A DNA stretch of 64,000 nucleotides from Octopus bimaculoides. Lineage: Eukaryota. A model generated the notes under the pieces. That model was not told the origin of the DNA. It did not search any database and was given only the letters and a program-made list of their open reading frames with translations. This document shows, one piece after another, positions 27,111 to 36,672 of this stretch; positions within the stretch are counted from its first letter, which is position 1; each line of letters starts with the position of its first letter. The position numbers were made by a program, and so were the translations under genes. The DNA is taken from contig NC_068989.1 of NCBI RefSeq assembly GCF_001194135.2, positions 10,314,565 to 10,378,564 on the forward strand. The letters are read 5' to 3'.

Positions 27111-28162
27111 CAAAAGCTTAAATAGTTTCACCTGTTGACATAAGTTTAAAATAGGATGAGCTTGCAATCAGTTAAGATTTAAATCCCAGGTAGTGCTGTA
27201 CATATTAATACAGTGGTAGGTGGTTACAAGATAATTTCTTCATATACAATAATTATAGTGTAGTGAAAAATACTAAAAGAAAAAAAAACCATGGGAATTG
27301 GGTGCATCAGTGTTGGAAACCAGTTATTAACAACTGCTGGAATATACACAGTAATAAATGGAGAGTGAGGGAGTGAATTATGAACTACAGAAAAGCGATT
27401 TAAAATGCCAATTAAATGGCATAACAAAACTTATGATAGACAAGTGTTTCATTTTTCATAACAATGTCAGCTTATGAGAAAAGCAAGCTCATTGCTGGAG
27501 ATTCCATAAACAATATTCAGAGAAAACTTTGAGATTGTTAAGCTCACAGCTTATAACAATAACAGAAACAAGAAGAATCTTTCTGCAAAAAATGTGTAGA
27601 AGTGTAAATGATGAAATGCTAAAAGAATAATGTTGAGAATAGAAAGACTGAAGTTATTTTGTTTGACAAGAACTCTAGTAAATGCAATCAGAAGAAAACA
27701 CTAATTCTATAGAAACTGACCATGCTGAGATTGATTCGAGATCTATGGTGTAAATTCCTTGTGTTAAAGTTAAATTAAAACTTTACATCAAAATTTCATG
27801 TTCATTTATATTCCTAACACCAGTTCAACACATTAACCACCACAGCCTGTTACTGGATCTTACCAGTGATGCTACGTATTTCCAGTCACTCTGCATATTG
27901 TTTAATTATAAGGAAATATAATTTGTCTCGCATTTTTTACAATATTGCACAAATAAACTTTAATAAACTTTAAACCTGTAGAGGTGAAGTCAATTTGATG
28001 GAAGGTGAGAACTAATGTACGGCACAAACATTTGATCACTTTATAAACAAATCATCTGTGCTGGTTGTTTAATAAAAAATTATAGAACCCTCATCTATTG
28101 TTTATGAAAAGAGAGTCCACCATACCAAAAGTATCAGCATGGAGAAATTAGCATTCACCTTT

Positions 28163-28670
28163 GACTCAGACCGTCTCGGGGTTCGACTCAGACCGTCTCG
28201 GGGTTCGACTCAGACCGTCTCGGGGTTCGACTCAGACCGTCTCGGGGTTCGNNNNNNNNNNNNNNNNNNNNNNNNNNNNNNNNNNNNNNNNNNNNNNNNN
28301 NNNNNNNNNNNNNNNNNNNNNNNNNNNNNNNNNNNNNNNNNNNNNNNNNNNNNNNNNNNNNNNNNNNNNNNNNNNNNNNNNNNNNNNNNNNNNNNNNNNN
28401 NNNNNNNNNNNNNNNNNNNNNNNNNNNNNNNNNNNNNNNNNNNNNNNNNNNNNNNNNNNNNNNNNNNNNNNNNNNNNNNNNNNNNNNNNNNNNNNNNNNN
28501 NNNNNNNNNNNNNNNNNNNNNNNNNNNNNNNNNNNNNNNNNNNNNNNNNNNNNNNNNNNNNNNNNNNNNNNNNNNTCAGACCGTCTCGGGGTTCGACTCA
28601 GACCGTCTCGGGGTTCGACTCAGACCGTCTCGGGGTTCGACTCAGACCGTCTCGGGGTTCGACTCAGACC
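28163..28670 (+). repeat. 22-bp tandem array (gactcagaccgtctcggggttc) spanning a 324-N gap
   Basis: About 4 identical units on each side of the gap, with no spacers. Confidence 0.95.
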
Positions 28671-28901
28671 TTCTAGAAAAGGTCCGAGTCAAAAAGTCTC
28701 ATAAAAATTACGGCATCAGATTATATCTATACAGTAGTTGTAACTGTAGTTGCACCCATTCTTTTAAATTCTGTAACCAATTTACATATGTTTCTTCAAC
28801 CCTCTGATAGGTGAAATCATCATTTTAAATCTTAACATCCTGTTGAAAATGTTATAAGACAAAAGTCCAGTCATATAAGAATCCCATTCAAAATGAATGT
28901 A

Positions 28902-29119
28902 TTGGGTTGTCCGAAAGTTTGTGCCGATTTATAATAGCTTACCTTTCAACTTGAAACCACCTCAATTCTGGGAAGAAAGTATTTTCAAGTTAAAAGAAAG
29001 ATGAAGACGCATTGTGCAACAAAATGGTTCATATTTGGTTGATTAAAAATGTAATGGCAAGTATTTATTGACCTTTTTCTTTCCTTTAAAAATCGACACA
29101 AACTTTCCGGACAACCCAA
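28902..29119. mobile_element. Same mariner-type MITE family, opposite orientation
   Basis: ta|ttgggttgtccgaaagtttgtgccgattt ... aaatcgacacaaactttccggacaacccaa|ta. The interior is the reverse complement of 23642-23869. Confidence 0.88.
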
Positions 29120-29140
29120 TAAATAAGGTTAGTACAATAG

Positions 29141-29240
29141 AATACCTGATGAACGCTGGAGAATACATCAGCCGAAACGCTGTGGTAACAACAAACAAGA
29201 TGAGGACACCCATCTGTCGATTGTAAATAATGGTACATTT
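29141..29240 (+). mobile_element. Family E tail fragment with a degenerate hammerhead
   Basis: cCTGATGAacgctggagaatacatcagccGAAACGCTgtggtaacaacaaacaagatgaggaca... is homologous to the other family E tails. U16.1 is changed to C. Confidence 0.7.
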
Positions 29241-29264
29241 CCCAGGAGAAATCCACAGTGATGA

Positions 29265-29590
29265 GGTGAGGGCTGGCACTCTGTCGGTTATGATGACAAG
29301 AGCTTCAGTTGATTCGATCAACACGACAGCCTGCTCATGAAATTAACATCCAAGTGGCTGAGTACTCCACAAACATGCATACTTTTAAGGTAGTTCTCAA
29401 GGAGATTCAGTGTGACACAGCTGACCCTTTGAAATACAGGTACTACTCATTTATGCCAGCTGAGTGGACTGGAGCAATGTGCAATAAAGTATCTTGCTCA
29501 AGGAAACAACACACTACCAGGTACCGAACTCATAGCCTTACAATTGCGAGCTGAAAGCCCTAACCACTAAGCCACAGATCTTCACAGTGG
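29265..29590 (-). mobile_element. tRNA-derived SINE, family D variant
   Basis: Colinear with 1185-1508. Confidence 0.75.
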
Positions 29591-29699
29591 TGAGGACTAG
29601 CATTTAGTTTTGTGTTGCTCATATTTAGAGGGTAGGATACATCTTCTTCACATGTGAAGTGATAGTGTCCTTTTACTGCTGAAGGAGATGAGGTTAGTA

Positions 29700-29960
29700 T
29701 GATCCCATGGGAGGATGTTCTTGAAGTGTCTGTTCCCAAACGCAATGTAGATTTAGCATTGAAGAGGAGGTTGAGGTGTGGAATTTTAAAGAGGAATGAA
29801 GGATTGTATCATTTACATAGGAGTGGGTATTGCTGGACGTGACAACAAATAAGTCATTGAGGATAGGAGAAAGTGTGTGAGTGACAAAACCAAACCCAGG
29901 CAACACAAAGTTGACATAAGGTGGGTAGAGAGAAAGCCCTTTGGTACATGCCTTGATAGA
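29700..29960 (-). mobile_element. CR1/L2-like reverse transcriptase remnant
   Basis: ORF 29694-29987 contains GFVTHTLSPILNDLFVVTSSNTHSYVNDTILHSS, resembling the GSVLSP..INDL...HSYADDTTLH motif (YADD decayed to YVND). Confidence 0.6.
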
Positions 29961-30260
29961 GAGATTTGACAGGAAACTACTGTTCAAAGAGACAAGAGAT
30001 AGATGGAGCCTTCTTTAAAACAACACCGAAACCATTATACAATGTAGAGAATTCCAAAATAATCGTTACATACGCATACAGCATCCTACCATTCTCATTT
30101 GTTTCATCAAGGTGAAGTCCATGAGAATAGTTTGCAGCATGACACATTTCCGTTTTGGTCTTGCATTATCTTATTTAAACAAAACAGAGTTCTTAGATCT
30201 CACTGTAACATTTTCACCCCAAAGAATTCTTTGGTCTGCATTCACTTTCTCTCTCTCTCT

Positions 30261-30355
<95 letters not shown>

Positions 30356-30380
30356 GTGTGTGGATATGTGTGTGTATGTG

Positions 30381-30412
<32 letters not shown>

Positions 30413-30674
30413 GATATGTGTGTGTATGTATATATATATATATGTATGTATGGATATGTGTATGTATGTATATATGTGTGTGTGTGTGTTTATACACTAC
30501 TATCATCTCATGACATTTTCCACCCACCACAAACATCTGTTTGGATGGGAATGAAACAGTTTTGTCAGAGCCATTTTGGCGCTACCTATTTGGCATCACT
30601 GATATGATACTGACTTATTTGACATCACTTACAGTAATGTAACTTTCTCTCTAACATTTAGTTATTTTTCTATC

Positions 30675-31459
30675 ATCATCATCGTTTAACGTCCGCCTTC
30701 CATGCTAGCATGGGTTGGACGATGTGACTGAGGACTGGTGAACCAGATGGCTGCACCAGGCCCCAATCTGATCTGGCAGAGTTTCTACAGCTGGATGCCC
30801 TTCCTAACGCCAACCACTCCAAGAGTATAGTGGGTGCTTTTACGTGCCACCGGCACGAAGGCCAGTCAGGCGGTACTGGCAACGGCCACGTTCAAAATGG
30901 TGTTTTTTATGTGCCACCTGCACAGGAGCCAGTCCAGCGGCACTGGCAACAACCTCGCTCGAATGTTTTTTCACATGCCACCAGCACAAGTGCCAGTAAG
31001 GTGATGCTGGTAACGATCACGCTCAAATGGTGCTATTTACATGTCACTGGCACAGAAGCCAGACAGCTGCTCTGGCAATGATCACGTTAGGATGGTACTC
31101 TTAGCGCTCCACTGGTACAGGTGCCATCACGATTTCGATTTCACTTGCCCCAATAGGTCTTCGCAAGCCAAGTTTAGTGTCCAATGAAGGAGAGGTTGGC
31201 ATGGGTGCCAGTTGTCGAATTTGGTTCGATTTCGATTTCACTTGCCTCAAAAAGTCTTCACAAACAGAGTTTAGTGTCCAATGAAGGAAAGGTACACATA
31301 AGTGGGCTGGCTACACCCCTGGCAGAAGCCTCGGAGGTCTCACTTGGCTTGCCGGGTCTTCTCACGCACTGCATATTTCCAAAGATCTCGGTCACAAGTC
31401 ATTGCCTCGGTGAGGCCTAATGTTTGAAAGTCGTGCTTCACCACCTCATCCCAGGTTTT
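30675..31459 (-). mobile_element. RTE-clade LINE 3' end: last ORF codons plus ~660-bp 3' UTR and (GAT)n tail
   Basis: Minus-strand 31340-31459 translates KTWDEVVKHDFQTLGLTEAMTCDRDLWKYAVREKTRQAK*, a typical RTE C-terminus. The UTR ends ...gcatggaaggcggacgttaaacgatgatgatg. Confidence 0.82.
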
Positions 31460-31769
31460 CTATGTATGTGTAATGTCTCTCTCACCTTCTTTTCCTACAT
31501 CACTCTATCTGTATATGCATATTTCTGTACAGCAATGTGTGTATGTGTGTCTCCAGTGCCAAAATAGGTTGAATGTCCAGTCAGCACCCAAAATGATGCA
31601 CCCAGCCATCATCTCATCATTCCATATTCAGAATATCCATAACAACACAGTTCACTCACCAGCACATATCAGCCAGTACATTTGAAGTCTATCCACTTTG
31701 TCTCATTTACACTCAACCTTAGAGGTCAATTAACATCAAACAACCAATACACAACACCCAGCTTATTCG

Positions 31770-31860
31770 AACCAGACCTTTCACACATATTTTCCATGTT
31801 TAAATACCTACTGCTACAGATGCCAAAGTGTGGCCATACTCAAGCAAGTCATCTGAACAC
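31770..31860 (+). mobile_element. Possible non-LTR ORF1 zinc-knuckle remnant
   Basis: tgc tac aga tgc caa (a)ag tgt ggc cat act caa gives CYRCQKCGHTQ if one lost base is restored. Confidence 0.35.
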
Positions 31861-32500
31861 AACATATGTACGTCCACTCACCAGAAAAACTTGATCCCTC
31901 CCTGAGGACCTACCTCAACTAAATCAAGACTAAGATGGATGTCATGTGCAGCTTAAAAATATCCAAGCAAGCTCAACCACGCAATGATACAATGCAACAT
32001 CATACTCTGTATACATATTTCATACAATTTAACCTCTGTACATAGAGCCATTTTCTAAAAGTTTCCTCGATTTCTTCCACTTCTTTCTTACCCAAGGTAC
32101 TATACCTTCGTTAGACCCAGTTCCAGAATTTATTATACCACTTAAATGTCAAAACCGATCTACAACTTCTAGACAATCACCTGGGCAGTCAATGGTCTTG
32201 ATTTTAGAGCAGTTATTGTTGCTTATAACTCTTGTCCAAGAACACCACCGCATGACTAGAACACACGGTCTGAACTTATTACTCGTTAACCAGTACTCGA
32301 GTAACTTGACCTTAGAACTACTACTAAACATCATCGTTTTTACATCCACTTTTCCATGTTGCATGAGTGGGATGAAGTTTATTGAGGTTGGTTTTATACA
32401 GCCAGATGCCCTTCCTGTCAACAACCCTCACTTGTTCCCAAATGCCCAAAATCCAAATTCTCGCAGAATATTACAAAGGAATGTCACTGCTTGACTTATA

Positions 32501-32897
32501 CTCTTTTACTTGTTTCAGTCATTTGACTACGGCCATGCTGGAGCACCACCTTTAGTCGAGCAAAACGACCCCAGGATTTATTCTTTGTAAGCCTAGTACT
32601 TATTCTATCAGTCTCTTTTGCCGAATTGCTAAGTTACGGGAACATAAACACACCAGCATTGGTTGTCAAGCGATTGGGGGGGGGGGACAAACACAGACAC
32701 ACATACATACATACACATATATATACATATATACGACGGGCTTCTTTCAGTTTCCGTCTACCAAATCCACTAACAAGGCTTTGGTCGGCCCGAGGTTATA
32801 GTAGAAGACACTTTCCCAAGGTGCCACGCAGTGGGACTGAACATGGAACCATGTGGTTGGTAAGCAAGCTTCTTACCACACAGCCACTCCTGCACCT
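32501..32897 (-). mobile_element. SINE family B, full length, adjacent to the 3' end of the U2 copy
   Basis: Reverse complement of the family B consensus from aggtgcaggagtggctg to the gtaaaagag tail. Confidence 0.85.
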
Positions 32898-32911
32898 ATT
32901 ACTAAAGTGAT

Positions 32912-33098
32912 GGGCTGAATCATGGAAGTACTGCTATACCAGGCCAACCCGTGGCAAAGGCGGAGCAAGCCCCTAACTCTTCGCCTTGTTCTAAAAATCA
33001 GTTTAATATCGATGGTCCCAAATAGGGACCATATCACAAATTAAGCTGATAAGAACAGATACTACACTTTGATCTCACCCAAAAGGCCAAGAAGCGAT
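32912..33098 (-). pseudogene. U2: U2 snRNA full-length copy, probably a retropseudogene
   Basis: Minus strand reads ATCGCTTCTTGGCCTTTTGGGTGAGATCAAAGTGTAGTATCTGTTCTTATCAGCTTAA...GATTTTTAG...GGGGCTTGCTCCGCC...GGTATAGCAGTAC (187 nt), colinear with protostome U2. The branch-point-pairing GTAGTA and stem IIb are intact. The Sm site (ATTTTTAG), the GCTAAG segment (now GGTGAG), stem IIa and loop IV are mutated. It is flanked directly by SINE sequence, leaving no room for a PSE or 3' box. Confidence 0.92.
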
Positions 33099-34753
33099 AG
33101 TGACAATCATTTACAACTATCACGCAATGTCAAAGCAAGGAGACACACAAATACACACATATATAATGTGCTTCCTTCAGTTTTCATCTACCAAATCCAC
33201 TCACAAACCTTTGGTTACCCAGGGGCTAGAGAAGAAAACATCTGTTCAAGATGCCACACAGTGGGACTGAACCTGGAACCATGTGGTTGAGAAGCAAACT
33301 TCTTACCACACAGCCATACCTGCATCTGCTGAATTGTACATATACCACATGTAATTTGCTAGAGCTAACAGCTATATGGTACCAATCAATGGATTTGATA
33401 ATGTAATGACGAAAGATTTCCAAGTTTGAATAGAATGTTACTTTGCCACAAATTTACTTCCCCAACAAGCAGGTTCATATTTTCCATTAAGATAAATTGT
33501 ACAATGTGACTTGTCTAAAAATATAAGAAAACATATTGGCAAAATATCAAGCAACAACCTTAGAAGCTGTTATAAATCTGGAATACAAGTAATTTCACTC
33601 CATTGGTGACTGTGGACCCACGATAGTAACCTCTAATGACTTTATGGTCAATGAATTCAAACATTACTACAATTGGTATGCTGGCAAGACACATTATTAG
33701 CTCAGTCAGTCTAGCTAAAAATAGCCTTCACTTGGATCTGCAAGCAACTTAGTATGAACTTAATATAATGTCAATCAAGGAATTACATAAGAAAAGGCTA
33801 AGTGGTTAATTATAAAAGGTAGGCTACACCATCTTTTTTTAGAAAAGACGCATGCTAGAATTAGATTCTAGAATCATTGTTTTAATGTCCACTTTTCCAC
33901 GCTTACATGGATCTGTTGAGGCAAATTTTCTACAGCTAGATAACCTTCTTGTCGCTAATCCTCAATTGTTTCCAAGGGTAAAATTCTTAGCAGCATTTTG
34001 TCTGCCTTTACATTCTGAGTTCAAATTCTGCTGAGGTCAATGTTGCCTTTCATCCTTTCAGGGTTGATGAAATAAGTACCAGTTATGCACTGGGGAGCAA
34101 CGTTATCAACTGGTTCCTTTATCCAAAATTTCAGGCCTTGTGCCTATAGCAGAAAGGATTATTATTATTATTACCATTATTTTGTCTGTCTTTACAACTA
34201 TTCAGAGTTCAAATTCTGCTAAGCTCAACTTTGCCTTTCATCCTTTAAGGGTTGACACAATAAGCATTGGGGTTGATGCTATCAACTTACTCCCTTCCAT
34301 GAAATTGCCGGCCTTGTACCAAAATTGGAAACCAGTATTTCCCATGACCAGACATGCTTCCATGAGAAATTGAAAATGGACAGCACTTGCAAGACGGTGA
34401 TACTCACTCTCAGCTATCATGTGATGTTAAGGCAAGGAGAAAGTAAAACACACACACATACAATAGGCTTCTTTCAGTTTCTGTCTGCCAAATCCACTCA
34501 CAAGGTATTGGTTGACCCAGGGCTATAGTTGAAGATACTTTCCCAAGTGGCCATGCAATGGGACTGAACTCAAAACCTTATTGTTGAGAAGCAGACTTCT
34601 TACCACACAGCCAGTAGAGACGAGAACATTATTCTCCTGCCTATATTCTTCTAACTGCTTTTTACTGTTTATTCTTCTATTTTATTCCTTATAATCTGTG
34701 AATTTTATTCCTTGTAAACTGTAAATTTTCCCCGTCTAAAATATTCATACCCT

Positions 34754-34829
34754 GTCTCTGATGACAGAATACCCAGTACACAGATATGCTAACCAACCAC
34801 TTGGGTTACCCCAGAAACAGTTGTAAGAC
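34754..34829 (+). ncRNA. Second, unrelated type I hammerhead-like motif (degenerate stem II base)
   Basis: gtct-CTGATGA-[acccag...ttgggt]-GAA-ACAGTTGT-A-agac: 4-bp stem I, self-complementary stem III, GUA triplet. Confidence 0.55.
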
Positions 34830-35130
34830 TTCAAATTCACCTTACCCTAATTAGATTATTCTAAATGACTTGAGATACTCATTCTGCCTTGGTTTTGATT
34901 TTTCCTCTAATATAATATAGACATGCTATAACAGAATCCTAACACAGATCCCTAGATCCAGCCTAGGCTGTGATCTTGGAACCTAATGGTCGACCAACTA
35001 TAGCACTTACCCAGCGTACCTATTCATTTAGATCACAAGTGAACTAAACCACTCATATTCTATATATATATATATATATCTACAGTTATAAAATCTCAAG
35101 AAGAGATAGAGTAGTAATGTATACTGAACA

Positions 35131-35287
35131 GTAGAGCAAGTTGTCACATCAAAGTGGCAGGTGAATGTTACTACTAGTTTAACCCCAGGCAGATTCTCCG
35201 CATTGAAAACTAGCTGGCAGAGAATCTGCCTGGGGTTAAACTAGTAGTAACATTCACCTGCCACTTTGATGTGGAAACTTGCTCTAC
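35131..35287. repeat. Inverted repeat, ~68-bp arms including 54 perfect bp, ~21-nt loop
   Basis: cacatcaaagtggcaggtgaatgttactactagtttaaccccaggcagattctc is followed by its exact reverse complement. Confidence 0.95.
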
Positions 35288-35290
35288 CGT

Positions 35291-35332
<42 letters not shown>

Positions 35333-35724
35333 CAACAGACATCCACACAGTTTCTGTCGACCAAATTCACTCACAAGGTATTGTGAAAGCTATAGTAAAT
35401 GACACTTGCCCAAGGCACCACGCAGTAGGACTGAACCCAAAACCACATCGTTGCAAAACGCAAGCTTCTTAACCACACAGCCACACCTGTACCAATATCT
35501 ACAACTATATTATCCAATATGTCCATTCTGTAAAGAGAGGTATGATTCAGCTCCTAATTCTATGCAGTCTAGTGACCACAAAGAGAATCCTGCAATGGAT
35601 AGTGATAGAAATGTATAGTGAACTGAGGTGGAGATTGATCATGGATCTGCAATGAGATAGAACTAATTAATGGAACTTTACAAAATGAGGAGCATCTTAG
35701 TAGTTTAGAATAAACAATGGGTAT

Positions 35725-36110
35725 AGGCGCAGGAGTGACTGTGTGGTAAGTAGCTTGCTTACAAACCACATGGTTCCAGGTTCAGTCTCACTCCGTGGCA
35801 CCCTGAGCAAGTGTCTTCTGCTATAGCCTCGGGTCGACCAAAGCCTTGTGAGTGGATTTGGTAGATGGAAACTGAAAGAAGCCTGTCATATATATATGTG
35901 TGTGTGTTGTGTCTGTCTGTGTTTTGATTCCCAGCATTGCTTGACAACGGATGCTTGTGTGTTTATGTCCCCCGTAACTTAGCAGTTCAGTAAAAGGCAC
36001 TAACAGAATAAGTACTATGCTTACAAAAAACAAGTCCTGAAGTCAATTTGTTCGACTAAAGGCAGTGCTCCAGCATGGCCGCAGTCAAATGACTGAAACG
36101 AATAAAAGAG
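35725..36110 (+). mobile_element. SINE family B, full length
   Basis: aggcgcaggagtgactgtgtgg...gactgaaacgaataaaagag. Confidence 0.82.
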
Positions 36111-36242
36111 TAACGGTATTCTGGCAGAATTTGAACTCAGAATGTAGTGGCAGATAAAATACTGCTAAGCATTTCATGCAGTGTGCTAAAGATTCTGCTA
36201 GTTCACCACCTTATGTATTCTATAGATAATGTTATCAAGAGA

Positions 36243-36672
36243 GGTGCAGGTGTGACTGTGTGGTTAAGAAGTTGCTTCTCAACCAAATGATCTTGGGTTC
36301 AGTCCTACTGCATGGTAGCTTGGGCAAGTGTTTTCTGCAATAACCCCAGGGCCAACCAAAACTTTTTGAGCAAATTTGGTAGACAGAAAATGAAAGAAGC
36401 CTATCATTCATATATCCACATGTGTGTGTGTGTACCTTTGTCTAAACATTACGAGACGGTTGTAAACGAATATCATCGTCATTCAAGTAATGCTTGTTTC
36501 CAGTCTTCCATAAGAAGCATGTCTGACCATAGGGAAATATTACCTTGCTTAGAAACAGGTAAGGGTTGACAACAGGAAGGGCATCCAGCCATAGAAAATC
36601 TGCCTCGACAAATTTTGTCTGACTCATGCAAACGTAGAAATGTGAACGTATGATAATGATGATGATGGCGAC
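36243..36672 (+). mobile_element. SINE family C, full length
   Basis: gaggtgcaggtgtgactgtgtgg...aagggttgacaacaggaagggcatccagcc...gatgatgatgg. Confidence 0.75.

Noticed and set aside
28163-28670. 22-bp repeat array as a CRISPR array
   Set aside because: Units are directly adjacent with no spacers, there are no cas genes, and the context is eukaryotic.
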